DNA of 64,000 nt. Origin: Pontiella sp. GTDB taxonomy: Bacteria; Verrucomicrobiota; Kiritimatiellia; Kiritimatiellales; Pontiellaceae. Position 1 is the first letter of the stretch, and each line of letters begins with the position of its first letter. The translations under genes were made by a program, and so were the position numbers. The DNA lies in the NCBI GenBank assembly GCA_050306215.1, contig JBNLGU010000002.1, positions 1,438 to 65,437 on the forward strand, read 5' to 3'. The notes under the pieces are model-generated. The model worked only from the letters and a program-made list of their open reading frames with translations, ran no database searches and was not told where the DNA came from. Positions 1 through 11,357 of this stretch are shown piece after piece.

Positions 1-1352
<1,352 letters not shown>

Positions 1353-1362
<10 letters not shown>

Positions 1363-1931
1363 GATTTTGCCTTATACTTGGGGTGTTCATGCTTTGCGTT
1401 GGTCACGCTTTTTTCAAAGAGGTCAAGTTTTGCGAGCAGGCTGAAATCGCGGATCTGGTCGCCCTCCCGGATTTTAAAACCGCCGATCAGCGAGGCATCG
1501 ACTGCGACCTCCGCCAGGATCGTCTTGCCATACTGCAGGTGCAGCTTTTCCTTGATGGCCGCGAGCTGGGCGTCGGACAGCTCGTGGGCGGCCGTGATTG
1601 CCACCTTGAGAAGGCCGAGCTCCCCGCAGACCAGCTGTTCATAGACGCTGCAGATGGTTTCCAGCAGGGACAGGCGGCTGCGCGAAGCGAGGAAGGCGAG
1701 AAACCGCAGCGTCACCGGATCGGCCTCTTTTTCGAACAGCGTCGCCATCGCCTGCCGGGCGGTATCCGCCGGGATGGTCGGGTTTTCGATAAAGGCCGCA
1801 AATTCCGGGGAGCTTCCGATCAACTGCCGGATGGCCCCGCAGTCCGCGCGGACGGCATCCCGCGCGTCCTCTTCGACGGCATAGGCGAAGAGGGTGCGGG
1901 CATATCGGTTGGCTACGGAAGGCGTCTCCAT
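1353..1931 (-). CDS. atpH: ATP synthase subunit delta
   Basis: [11 protein letters not shown]-terminus, [10 protein letters not shown]-terminal motif, position between atpF and atpA. Confidence 0.95.
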
Positions 1932-1939
1932 CGTTGTTC

Positions 1940-2503
1940 CTACAGCTCCTGGATGAATTTGTCGGTCAGCGCCCGGTTTTTCTCGTCGTCCAGGTTGGCT
2001 TCGAGCAACCGGCCGGCGAGCTCGCGGGCCCAGGCCGCGCTTTCGATGCGTAGGGCGTCTTCCGCCTTGGCCCGGCTGTTATCGATTTCACGTTTGGCAT
2101 TCTCCACCATGATCTGGGCCTCTTCGCGCGCCTTGGTCTCGATGGCGCGGGCCTGTTCCTGCGCACCGCGGCGGGCGGCGTCTAGAATGGCACGGGCCTT
2201 TTCGTCGGCTTCCGCGATGGTTTTTGCCCGAACCTCTTCGATGGCCGCCAGCTCATCGCGCAGCTGGGTGGCGTGGTCGATGGAGTCCTGGATGTCCTTC
2301 TCGCGCTCGTCGAGCTTGGCCAGGATGGGTTTCCAGGCCACCTTGTAGAGCACGGCCAGCAGGATCGCAAAGACGACCCAGGTCCAGATGACCATCTGGC
2401 CCGAGATCGCCATGGGATCGACCTCCGCATGCGCGTCGTGCGGCACCTGGGTGGTGGCCGTGAGATCGTGCGAGGGCTCGGCGTGAAGTTGCGTGTCAGC
2501 CAT
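1940..2503 (-). CDS. atpF: ATP synthase subunit b
   Basis: One TM helix (WTWVVFAILLAVLYKVAWKPI), then LDEREKDI and an Ala/Glu coiled coil. Confidence 0.95.
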   Translation of the reverse strand: MADTQLHAEPSHDLTATTQVPHDAHAEVDPMAISGQMVIWTWVVFAILLAVLYKVAWKPILAKLDEREKDIQDSIDHATQLRDELAAIEEVRAKTIAEADEKARAILDAARRGAQEQARAIETKAREEAQIMVENAKREIDNSRAKAEDALRIESAAWARELAGRLLEANLDDEKNRALTDKFIQEL

Positions 2504-2527
2504 GGTTAATACCGTTCGTTGTGGAAT

Positions 2528-2728
2528 TTAGTTGGCCAGGAAGCAGATGACCGCGCCAAACAGGGCCACCCCTTCAATCAGGGCCGCTGCAATCAACATG
2601 GCGGTCTGGATCTTGGGGGCCGCTTCCGGCTGGCGGGCAATGCCGTTCATGGCCGCTGCGCCGATCAAACCGATGCCGAGACCTGCGCCGATAGTCACCA
2701 ATCCTGCTCCTAATGCTGCAATACTCAT
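2528..2728 (-). CDS. atpE: ATP synthase subunit c (66 aa, H+-type motif)
   Basis: MSIAALGAGLVTIGAGLGIG...ARQPEA...ALIEGVALF; ATG at 2728 after a CAGGAG RBS (the ORF-track start is too long). Confidence 0.97.
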   Translation of the reverse strand: MSIAALGAGLVTIGAGLGIGLIGAAAMNGIARQPEAAPKIQTAMLIAAALIEGVALFGAVICFLAN

Positions 2729-2780
2729 TTTATTCTCCTGCGTCTTGTTTGGTTTACAGTTCCTTGCGAAATCAATTGCC

Positions 2781-3599
2781 CTAGTGTTCCGGGTGGTACA
2801 TGTGGCCGATAAACATGGCCGATAGCAGGGTGAACACATACGCCTGCAGGAATGCGATAAAGATTTCCATCATGCTGATGGCAACCGCCATGACCAGCGC
2901 CGGTAACGCGGCCAGCCCGAAGGCAACGATCAGGCCGATCAGGGAGAACACCACGATGTGGCCGGCCAGCATGTTGGCAAACAGGCGGATCGTCAGCGCC
3001 GCGCACTTGACCACCAGCCCGATCATTTCCAGCGGGACGATCAGGATCAGTACCGGCCACGGCACGCCGGATGGCATGAAGCTCTTGAAAAACTTGACGG
3101 GGCCGTTCACATAGAGGGCGCCAAAGACCATGAAGGAAAACGTGACCATGGCCAGCCCGAAGGTGACGTTGATGTTGCCCGTGGCCGTGGAAAACATGGG
3201 GCACAGGCCCATCAGGTTGCACATGGCGATAAAAAAGAAAAAGGTCAGGAAGAGGGGCGCCATCCTGCGACCGTCCTTCTCGCCGAGGTTGGCGATACAG
3301 ATGTCGTCGCGCACGAACTTGACCAGCACTTCCATCACGTTGGTCCAGCCCCTCGGCGCGCGACCTTCCTTGTAGCGGCAAAGTACCGTGAAAATGAACA
3401 GCAGCAACAGGCCGGAAATCATCAGCATCAACGCATTGTTGCTCATCCATTCCGGTAGGTGGAATTTCTTGAAGGGGGTGTGCCAAAAACCGGAATCCGT
3501 CACATGGTGCATGATCCACTGGTTGACGTGGTGCGACCGATCGGCCGTCGCATGTACCTGCTGTTCAATATCTTGCGCTATGGTTGCCGGTTCACTCAT
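2781..3599 (-). CDS. atpB: ATP synthase subunit a
   Basis: LTIRLFANMLAGH and FLQAYVFTLL motifs. Confidence 0.97.
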   Translation of the reverse strand: MSEPATIAQDIEQQVHATADRSHHVNQWIMHHVTDSGFWHTPFKKFHLPEWMSNNALMLMISGLLLLFIFTVLCRYKEGRAPRGWTNVMEVLVKFVRDDICIANLGEKDGRRMAPLFLTFFFFIAMCNLMGLCPMFSTATGNINVTFGLAMVTFSFMVFGALYVNGPVKFFKSFMPSGVPWPVLILIVPLEMIGLVVKCAALTIRLFANMLAGHIVVFSLIGLIVAFGLAALPALVMAVAISMMEIFIAFLQAYVFTLLSAMFIGHMYHPEH

Positions 3600-4020
3600 T
3601 TTTTTGTTCGCACTGCGCTGTCCGCGATAAACTCTTCATATGATGATGAAGGCCATAAATCAGTACCACGAGGAACGTGAAGTAGCCGAAAAAGGTCTTC
3701 AGCACGAACCCGCGCACATTCAATATTTCCCATTCTAAAACGCATAACAGTATAACCATGAAGGCAATGGAACGAATTCCATTGCCCAGAAAGGCCCATC
3801 TATAAAATCCGGCGGTTTTCGATCGCAACGCCTGATTCGCTATAAAGATAGCGATATATGCATTAAAGAAAACCAGTAGCCAACTATAAAATAGTTCTTT
3901 TCTCTGGGTATCATGATCATCAAGCTCATGAATCAGCAGCGAGCCGCCCGTAAACACTAAAACCGCGACCGGCAACACGCTTCGAACGGATGCCATGAAC
4001 TCAGGACTCGCGTGTATCAT
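3592..4020 (-). CDS. AtpI-like 4-TM membrane protein
   Basis: Four hydrophobic segments, overlaps the atpB start, AT-rich as atpI genes often are. Confidence 0.7.
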   Translation of the reverse strand: MIHASPEFMASVRSVLPVAVLVFTGGSLLIHELDDHDTQRKELFYSWLLVFFNAYIAIFIANQALRSKTAGFYRWAFLGNGIRSIAFMVILLCVLEWEILNVRGFVLKTFFGYFTFLVVLIYGLHHHMKSLSRTAQCEQKNE

Positions 4021-4300
4021 TGTGCTTTCCTCCGTTTTTATCCTGCCGGGTCGTCTTTTCGTCCGCGGGCCGGTTTGGGACCGCGATCAGCTTCCACAAC
4101 TCCCAGCCCCCGTAGACCAGTCCCAGAAAAATGCCCAGCAGGGTAAAAAGGGATTCGTGCCCGGTTTTTACATCCAGCCAATGGCCGCCTAGCGCAAAAA
4201 CCGCCATGCCGGTGGCGAAGGACGTGCCGAAGCCGATGGCGGCCCCCGCCATATGCTTTGTTTCGGGTGTCTCTGTCTTGTTCCGGTTTTGCTCGGTCAT
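4001..4300 (-). CDS. AtpZ/AtpI-family small membrane protein
   Basis: From ATG 4300: MTEQ...FALGGHWLDVKTGHESLFTLLGIFLGLVYG, matching the G-x-W-L-D...G-x3-G pattern of the family. Confidence 0.85.
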   Translation of the reverse strand: MTEQNRNKTETPETKHMAGAAIGFGTSFATGMAVFALGGHWLDVKTGHESLFTLLGIFLGLVYGGWELWKLIAVPNRPADEKTTRQDKNGGKHNDTRES

Positions 4301-4728
4301 AGGGATTTCCCCGCAATAATGGCATACCCCGCGTTCATGGTTGCACAGGTTTGTCCGCCGGCTAACAAATGGCATTGCAGGGCGATCCGGCTGCGGCCCG
4401 TTGTTCTTAACTCTTGCAGGATGCGCGTTCTTTCGCTTTCCCCAAGCTGGGCACAAGCAACCATGTCCGCCCGGACGGCGGACGCATATTCCGTTTCGCT
4501 TTTCACAATCATTACGTCGGCATCGATTCCGGCTTCGCGCAGGGCCAGGGTGACCGCGCTCCAGCCGGCCAGATCCAGCAGCGAGTCGATGCTGCCCGCA
4601 AACGCCGTCCCCTTGTCGTTCAGGTTCTCGGCCAGCGGAGCACTCAATTCGATGCGTTGGCCGTTCCATGCGACGACTTCGATGCCGAGCCGTTGTGTGG
4701 GGAGGATGTTCTTCAACAGGTTTTTCAC
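4297..4728 (-). CDS. Hot-dog fold thioesterase, YiiD C-terminal/MadB-like
   Basis: APLAENLNDKGTAFAGS...LAGW motif; 4-nt overlap with the next gene. Confidence 0.8.
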   Translation of the reverse strand: MKNLLKNILPTQRLGIEVVAWNGQRIELSAPLAENLNDKGTAFAGSIDSLLDLAGWSAVTLALREAGIDADVMIVKSETEYASAVRADMVACAQLGESERTRILQELRTTGRSRIALQCHLLAGGQTCATMNAGYAIIAGKSL

Positions 4729-4884
4729 GGGGTTGGAGGGTAGGGGGTCGCGAAAGGGCAGTCAAGTTGAGTCGGCCCGATCTTGGGCCGTATCTCCGTT
4801 GTTGCCCCGCATGTCAGCGAGGTGTATATTCACGGCGTTGCCGGGGGCCATCAGGCGCTTCGGTTGAAGTGAAAGGAGTTGGCC

Positions 4885-5220
4885 ATGTCATTACTCAAGT
4901 TGATGTGTTCCAGGGAGGTTCCCGAAAAGTTGCTCAAACAGCTTTCGTCTGCCGTTGCCCTTGTTCTCGGGGAGCCGGAAACAAGCGTCATGGTTGTCTT
5001 TGATCAACGGGAAATGTTGATGGGGGCTAGCAGGGGGGACGTGGCCTATGCGGAGGTCAAGAGCGTCGGAGGGCTCGATCGGTTCGTGAACCACGAACTC
5101 ACCATGAAGATCTGCATTCTGCTCAACGATCACCTAGGCATTCCCTGCGAGCGGATTTATGTGACCTTCCAGTCGTTCGAAGCCGATCACTGGGGATGGA
5201 GGCAGTCGATTTCGGAATAG
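4885..5220 (+). CDS. MIF/phenylpyruvate tautomerase-like protein
   Basis: LGEPETSVMV...AYAEVKSVGGL...LGIPCERIYVTF...HWGW; AAAGGAG RBS before ATG 4885. Confidence 0.85.
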   Translation: MSLLKLMCSREVPEKLLKQLSSAVALVLGEPETSVMVVFDQREMLMGASRGDVAYAEVKSVGGLDRFVNHELTMKICILLNDHLGIPCERIYVTFQSFEADHWGWRQSISE

Positions 5221-5223
5221 ACG

Positions 5224-7083
5224 GTGAAAACGCTTAAGAAACAACTGGGGCTTCTGGATGTATTCGCCATTTGCAGCGGGGCGATGATCAGTTCCGGGTT
5301 GTTTGTCCTTCCGGGCATTGCGGCCGCCAAGGCCGGGCCGCTGGCGATCGTGGCCTACGTGCTTTCGGGGCTGTTGCTGATTCCCTCGCTGCTGTCGATG
5401 GCGGAAATGGCCTCGGCCATGCCACGTGCCGGCGGCACCTATTTTTTCGTCAGCCGCAGCCTCGGCGGCATGTTCGGCACGCTCGATGGCGTCGGCGTTT
5501 GGCTGGCGCTGATCCTGAAGACGAGCATCGCGCTGCTTGGGCTCGGGGCGTATCTGGCGGTCTACCTCCATCTACCGATGCAGCTGACCGCCATCATCGC
5601 CGGACTGGTTTTCATGGCGATCAACATTTTCGGTGCCAAGGAGACGACCCGTCTGCAGGTCGCCATGGTCGGCGTGCTGCTGGCCATTCTCGTCTATCTG
5701 CTGGTTCGCGGCGCGCCCTCGGTTCGGCGCGAGTTCTACGTGCCCTTCGCTCCTCAGGGAGGCGCTTCGCTGCTGCCGACCGTGGCGCTGGTCTTCATCA
5801 GCTATATCGGTCTGACCAAGGTGGCCAGCATCGCAGAAGAGGTGAAAAACCCGGGTCGAAACATTCCCGCCGGCATGTTTCTCGCGCTGGGGATTGTTCT
5901 GGCGCTGTACGCCGGGGTCGTAGCGCTGGTCGTTGGCATCGTACCGGCCGCGCAACTGCACGGCTCCCTCACACCGATCGCCGATGCCGCCGACATTGCC
6001 TTGGGTGCGGTCGGCAAACATCTGATCAATCTTGGTGCGGCGCTGGCTTTTGCCACGACGGCCAACGCCGGCATCCTTTCGGCCAGCCGCTATCTGCTGG
6101 CCATGAGCCGCGACCGGGTCATTCCCCATCCATTTTCCCGTTTCTGCCGTTTCAAGACCCCCCTTAACGCCATCCTCATGACCTCCGGCGTGGTGTTGCT
6201 GTTTGCCGCATTTGCCGGTGTCGAACGCATAGCCAAGCTGGCTAGCGCGTTTCAGTTACTGGTTTTCGCCTTTGTAAACATCGCGGTGATCGTCATGCGC
6301 GAAAGCGGGATCGAAAGCTACGATCCGCGCTTCAAGAGCCCGCTCTATCCCTGGGTGCAGGTGGTTGGTATCCTGATTTCCGTGGTGCTCATCCCCGAAA
6401 TGGGGCTGTTGCCAAGCATCTTTGCGATGGGCCTGATCGGGATCGGGGTGGTTTGGTACAACCTCTACGTTTCCCCCCGTGTGGCGCCGCGCGTCGGGGC
6501 CGTCGCAAAAATGGCCGAGCGGCTCGGAGAACGCCTGTTGGAACGCGACGCCGACGCCATGGGGCTGCGCACCGAACTGCGCCAGCTGATGAAGGAGCAG
6601 GGGCTGCGCGAAGACGATCCCTTCTTCCAGCTGGTGCAGACCGCGGATTTCATTGAGCTGGAAACTGGAACGGATTCCGAAGAGGTGATCCGCCGCGGAG
6701 CCCGCATGCTTGCGCAAAAAAGCGGCATTTCGCATGACCTGATTCTCGGTGCCCTGCTCGAACGCAACCGGTTGGGAGAAACCCCCGCCGACGCCGGCGT
6801 CGCATTGCCGCACCTCCTGCTCAACGATGTCGAGGACTTCCATATGGTGGCCGCGCGCAGTATCGAAGGAATACCGTTTCCTATGTCGGGCCAGAACATC
6901 CACGCCGTATTCCTGTTGCTGGGCGCACGCAGCAACCCGACGCAGCACCTGCGCTTCCTGGCCGAGATCGCCCGGCGGGCCGAAAGCCCGAGTTTCCTGG
7001 ACGACTGGATCCGCGCCGACTCGTTGGACAGTCTGAAGGCCCTGCTGCACGAAGACGCGGAGCATCCGAACCCGGAAGAGTAG
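5224..7083 (+). CDS. APC-family amino acid permease fused to a C-terminal PTS EIIA-like domain
   Basis: GAMISSGLFVLPG, AEMASAMPRAGG, AEEVKNPGRNIP; C-terminal GVALPH and HLRFLAEIAR. Confidence 0.9.
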   Translation: MKTLKKQLGLLDVFAICSGAMISSGLFVLPGIAAAKAGPLAIVAYVLSGLLLIPSLLSMAEMASAMPRAGGTYFFVSRSLGGMFGTLDGVGVWLALILKTSIALLGLGAYLAVYLHLPMQLTAIIAGLVFMAINIFGAKETTRLQVAMVGVLLAILVYLLVRGAPSVRREFYVPFAPQGGASLLPTVALVFISYIGLTKVASIAEEVKNPGRNIPAGMFLALGIVLALYAGVVALVVGIVPAAQLHGSLTPIADAADIALGAVGKHLINLGAALAFATTANAGILSASRYLLAMSRDRVIPHPFSRFCRFKTPLNAILMTSGVVLLFAAFAGVERIAKLASAFQLLVFAFVNIAVIVMRESGIESYDPRFKSPLYPWVQVVGILISVVLIPEMGLLPSIFAMGLIGIGVVWYNLYVSPRVAPRVGAVAKMAERLGERLLERDADAMGLRTELRQLMKEQGLREDDPFFQLVQTADFIELETGTDSEEVIRRGARMLAQKSGISHDLILGALLERNRLGETPADAGVALPHLLLNDVEDFHMVAARSIEGIPFPMSGQNIHAVFLLLGARSNPTQHLRFLAEIARRAESPSFLDDWIRADSLDSLKALLHEDAEHPNPEE

Positions 7084-7294
7084 CGGCCGATCGGCCTTGC
7101 ATGAACGATGGAATTCAGTCGATTCCTGCCGCCGGCGTGGTATAGGAAGCCGATCAACCCCGCATTACACTGTCACCGCGATCCGTGATCGCGGATGGAT
7201 GCTCGCCATTTTCCCTGCCCGCTTGGTTTACTTCCCCTCTCTGCATGTATAAAGTGCGGCCCATTCACAACTTTTGAAAATGAAAGGTATGACC

Positions 7295-8965
7295 ATGCGC
7301 AGCGACAAGACGAAAAAAGGTTTGGAACGGGCACCGCACCGCAGTCTGATGCGGGCAACAGGGATGTCGTCGGAAGACATCCAGAAGCCGTTCATTGCCA
7401 TTTGCAACTCCTTCAATCAGGTTATTCCCGGCCACGCGCACCTCGACGAAGTCGGCCGTTTTATCCGGCAAGCGGTGCGCGAAGCGGGCGGTACGCCGAT
7501 CGAATTCAACATGATTGGCGTCTGCGACGGCATCGCCATGGGCCATTCCGGCATGAAGTATTCCCTGCCAAGCCGCGAGCTGATCGCCGACTCTGTCGAA
7601 ACCATGATCGGAGCCCATGCCTTCGATGCGATGATCTGTATCCCGAACTGCGACAAGATCGTCCCCGGCATGATCATGGGTGCGATGCGCGTCAACATCC
7701 CGACTATCTTTGCCAGCGGTGGCCCGATGCAGGCCGGCAAGACCGGTGAAGGGAAAGTCGTCGACCTCATCAGCGTTTTCGAAGGTGTTGCCGCGCGCAA
7801 ACAGGAAAAAATTTCCGACGAGGAACTCGAAGAACTCGAATGCAAGGGCTGCCCCTCGCAGGGTTCCTGCTCCGGCATGTTCACCGCCAACTCGATGAAC
7901 TGCCTCTGCGAAGCGATCGGTCTGGCCCTTCCCGGCAACGGAACCATTCTGGCCATCGACCCGGCCCGCAAGGAGCTGTGGCGCGCCGCCGCCAAACGTG
8001 CCGTTGAAATGGCGAAGGCCGACGGCCCGCTCCCACGCGACATCGTTACGCAGGAATCGCTCGACAACGCCTTCGCGCTCGATATGGCCATGGGCGGAAG
8101 CACCAACACCGTGTTGCATACACTGGCCATCGCCAAGGAGGCTGGTGTGGAATACAGCTTGGAACGCATCAACGCCGTTTCCAAAAAGTGTCCGAACATC
8201 TGTAAGGTTTCTCCGTCGTCGAACTACCACATCGAAGATGTCCATGCGGCTGGCGGCATCAGCGCCATCCTCGCGGAAGTCGCAAAGCGGGAGGGACTAT
8301 TGAATCCCGATTGCATCACCGTAACCGGCAAGACGCTTGGCGAAAACATTGCCGGATGCGAAAGCAAAGACGAAGCCTGCATCCGCAAGGTCGAAAACGC
8401 CTACAGCCAGACCGGCGGGTTGTCGATTCTCTGGGGCAATCTGGCCGAGGGTGGTTGCGTGGTCAAGAGTGCTGGCGTCGATCCCAAGATGCTGGTGCAT
8501 ACCGGTCCGGCAGTCATCTTTGAATCGCAGGAAGATGCCTGCGAAGGGATCCTGGCCGATAAGGTCAAGGCAGGCGACGTCGTCGTCATCCGCTACGAAG
8601 GCCCGAAGGGCGGACCGGGCATGCAGGAAATGCTTGCGCCGACCTCGTACATCATGGGGCAGGGTCTGGGCGACAGCGTGGCACTGATCACCGACGGCCG
8701 CTTCAGCGGCGGAACGCACGGCGCCTGCATCGGCCATATTTCCCCGGAAGCCGCCGAAGGCGGACCAATCGGACTGATCCGCGAAGGCGACATCATCGAA
8801 ATCGACATTCCGAACAACAAGCTGTCGGTTCAGTTGTCCGACGAGGAACTCGCCGAGCGCAAGAAGGACTGGACCGAGCCTGCGCCGCGTTTCACCTCCG
8901 GCTGGCTTTCGCGCTACGCCAAGATGGCGACCAACGCCAGCAACGGCGCTGTGCTGCAGGGATAA
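7295..8965 (+). CDS. ilvD: Dihydroxy-acid dehydratase
   Basis: MRSD start, [48 protein letters not shown]. Confidence 0.98.
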   Translation: MRSDKTKKGLERAPHRSLMRATGMSSEDIQKPFIAICNSFNQVIPGHAHLDEVGRFIRQAVREAGGTPIEFNMIGVCDGIAMGHSGMKYSLPSRELIADSVETMIGAHAFDAMICIPNCDKIVPGMIMGAMRVNIPTIFASGGPMQAGKTGEGKVVDLISVFEGVAARKQEKISDEELEELECKGCPSQGSCSGMFTANSMNCLCEAIGLALPGNGTILAIDPARKELWRAAAKRAVEMAKADGPLPRDIVTQESLDNAFALDMAMGGSTNTVLHTLAIAKEAGVEYSLERINAVSKKCPNICKVSPSSNYHIEDVHAAGGISAILAEVAKREGLLNPDCITVTGKTLGENIAGCESKDEACIRKVENAYSQTGGLSILWGNLAEGGCVVKSAGVDPKMLVHTGPAVIFESQEDACEGILADKVKAGDVVVIRYEGPKGGPGMQEMLAPTSYIMGQGLGDSVALITDGRFSGGTHGACIGHISPEAAEGGPIGLIREGDIIEIDIPNNKLSVQLSDEELAERKKDWTEPAPRFTSGWLSRYAKMATNASNGAVLQG

Positions 8966-8969
8966 GCCG

Positions 8970-9938
8970 ATGCGATGGAGTATGGGGAATGTCGGAATTG
9001 CATGGTTGCTGAACCTCGTGTTGCTAGGGAGTTCCCTTGCGGGAACCCTCGGCGATTTCGAGGATGCAGTGGCCAGGCCGCATTCGTCTTCTTCCCATTA
9101 CCGTTCCGATTGTGACGACGATGACGAATCCATCGGCGACCAGCTCTTCGAAAATATGTTCGGCGGCTGCATTGATACGGTTGTTGAAGGGGTGGCGATC
9201 GGGATGTTCCTTGGGGCTAAGTGGCTGGTTTACGACTGGTGGGCCAAGCCCGGCGAAGCAGAAGGTGCCTCGGCAGTCGCGGTAGTAGAGTCGGAGCCAG
9301 AAACTTCGGTCGATCAACCGCCCGCCGAACTCGTCAATACGTCCGAAGCATTTCAGACTCCCGGGCCCAATGATTCTTTTCTGGAGACGGAAACTCCATC
9401 TTTCGGTCCGGATGGTTTGAAACATAGGTTGGGTACCGCCGGATGGCCCTATCTCCGCTTCGATTATCGCTGGCAGTATCTCGATCATGACCTCGATGCG
9501 CAGGATTTCCTGCTGGAGGCGGGATATAAGTATGCGGCGTTGTACGGACGTGTGACCCAATACGAGGGTGAGGCGAATGAAAACCTCGATATCGAACAGT
9601 ATTATGCGATGGCCCGCTTCGGCGGTTCCGACGAATTCCTGTTTCCCGGTTCCTTCCAGCTCGGTGCCGGGTTGGGCTGGTTTTCGATCACGGGGGATCA
9701 GACGCAGGAAGGGCTGGCGCTGACACTACCCGTGATGCTGTATCCCAATGACTGGGTCGGATTTGAGTTTCGTCCGGCATGGGCGACCATCAATGATAAA
9801 TCGGTATCCGACTACGATCTGTCCATGAGTCTGGGGCGCGAATTCACCCATCTGCGTCTCGGCTACCGCTGGTTTTGGATCCAGCACGAAGGCCACTGGT
9901 TCAACGGCCCCTATGCCGGGATCTCCATGAGCTTCTAG
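8970..9938 (+). CDS. Hypothetical exported protein, probable outer-membrane beta-barrel C-terminal half
   Basis: Signal peptide, acidic low-complexity region, alternating aromatic beta-strands, terminal Phe (GISMSF). Confidence 0.6.
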   Translation: MRWSMGNVGIAWLLNLVLLGSSLAGTLGDFEDAVARPHSSSSHYRSDCDDDDESIGDQLFENMFGGCIDTVVEGVAIGMFLGAKWLVYDWWAKPGEAEGASAVAVVESEPETSVDQPPAELVNTSEAFQTPGPNDSFLETETPSFGPDGLKHRLGTAGWPYLRFDYRWQYLDHDLDAQDFLLEAGYKYAALYGRVTQYEGEANENLDIEQYYAMARFGGSDEFLFPGSFQLGAGLGWFSITGDQTQEGLALTLPVMLYPNDWVGFEFRPAWATINDKSVSDYDLSMSLGREFTHLRLGYRWFWIQHEGHWFNGPYAGISMSF

Positions 9939-10015
9939 TGTCTCGGATTTGGCTTTGAATCTTGCCGGCCTGCCCGTACCCTTTGCGTGTTGGAGAAGCG
10001 ACAGGAGGCGTTGAC

Positions 10016-11341
10016 ATGGCGGGGCGACTAATCGAGAGCATCAAGCGGTTTATCCATTTCCTGCAACACGACCTATGGCGGATCGACCTGGTGCATGATT
10101 CCAGGTTGCGGGCCTTCGGCGTGGAGACCTTGCGCGTGACGCATCTGGTGCTCAAGGGCGTGAAGGAGGACCACTGCATGCTGCACGCCTCCGCGCTGAC
10201 CTATGCGACGATCATGGCGCTGGCCCCGTTTCTTATCATTGTTTTTTCCATCGCCAACGCCATCGGCTATGCGGCGGCCAAGCAGAGGATCGAGGAAGCG
10301 ATTGTCCAGCTCCCCGAACAGCTGAAGGCATTTATTCTGGATCTGCTAGGCACCATCGAGGGGATCAGCCTGGCGGCCCTGGGCGGGATTACGGGGGTGA
10401 TCTTTCTCTACATCGTCTTCAAGCTGCTGAGCGGCATCGAGGAATCGTTCAACCAGATCTGGGGCGTGCAGACCTCGCGCGGCATTGCCGACAAGGTGCG
10501 CAACTATATCTCTGTGCTGGTGATAGCGCCGGCGCTGATGCTGGTGGCGCAGGTGGCGTCCGGGGCGATGTCGACCTATTTCAGCGGTTTTGAATGGATG
10601 GGGCCGGTCATAAAGATCGTCTTGCAACTGGCGCCGGTGGTGGTGCTGGCGCTGGCCTTTGTGGCGGTTTTCATTTTCCTGCCCAACACCAAGGTGCAGT
10701 TCAAGGCGGCGTTGATCGGCGCGTTGACCAGTGCGACGTTGGCCATCCTGCTGCAGGTTTTCTTGCTGATGTTCGGCAAGGCCATCTTTGCGTCGGACAA
10801 GTACAAGGTGTATGGATCCTTCGCCGCGATTCCAGTATTCCTGTTCTGGGTGCACGTCAACTGGACGATCCTGCTGTTCGGGGCCGAGCTGGCCTTTGCG
10901 ATCCAGAACCGCAAGACCTACCAGGAGGAGCAGGCCGCTGTGCGCGCCAGCATGGTGTCGAAGTTGTGGGTGGCTTTCTCCACCATGCGCGAGGCGGTAC
11001 GCATCTTCGAAGGGCCGGAAGCCGCCTTCAGCTCAACGGAGTTTGCGCGCGAAAACAATATTCCGATCCGGTTGATGAACGAGGTTGTCGATGTCCTGGT
11101 GCGGGCCCGGCTGCTGGGTGTGGTGGCATCGGAAGGGCCGGAAAACTATGCCTTGCTCCAGGCGCCCGAGCATGTCTCCGCCAAGAAAATATACGACCTG
11201 ATGCTCACCGACGGCGCGGCTCCCGAAGAATTGGGGTTGCTTAAGGTCGACGTGACCGAAGAGGTGCTGGCGACCGCGAACGTCAGTCTTGATGAAACGC
11301 TGGATCCAATCACGTTGCGGCGCTTCTTCGATAATGAATAA
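10016..11341 (+). CDS. YihY/BrkB family membrane protein with C-terminal wHTH-like extension
   Basis: ASALTYATIMALAP, IEESFNQIW, LPNTKV, YGSFAAIPVFLFW, LFGAEL; AGGAGG RBS before ATG 10016. Confidence 0.9.
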   Translation: MAGRLIESIKRFIHFLQHDLWRIDLVHDSRLRAFGVETLRVTHLVLKGVKEDHCMLHASALTYATIMALAPFLIIVFSIANAIGYAAAKQRIEEAIVQLPEQLKAFILDLLGTIEGISLAALGGITGVIFLYIVFKLLSGIEESFNQIWGVQTSRGIADKVRNYISVLVIAPALMLVAQVASGAMSTYFSGFEWMGPVIKIVLQLAPVVVLALAFVAVFIFLPNTKVQFKAALIGALTSATLAILLQVFLLMFGKAIFASDKYKVYGSFAAIPVFLFWVHVNWTILLFGAELAFAIQNRKTYQEEQAAVRASMVSKLWVAFSTMREAVRIFEGPEAAFSSTEFARENNIPIRLMNEVVDVLVRARLLGVVASEGPENYALLQAPEHVSAKKIYDLMLTDGAAPEELGLLKVDVTEEVLATANVSLDETLDPITLRRFFDNE

Positions 11342-11357
11342 GCCGAAAAGCCCGGGT

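Noticed and set aside
2528-2728. Possible Na+-translocating ATP synthase
   Set aside because: Subunit c has IEGVALF and no Gln in helix 1, so it lacks the Q...E-S/T Na+ signature; ordinary H+ type
3592-4020. AT-rich stretch suggesting foreign DNA
   Set aside because: It coincides with the atpI-position gene, which is commonly AT-rich and poorly codon-adapted
7101-7195. Possible ilvD attenuator (peptide MNDGIQSIPAAGVV plus hairpin CCGCGATC/GATCGCGG)
   Set aside because: No RBS, few Ile/Val/Leu codons, no U-tract after the hairpin and no clear antiterminator
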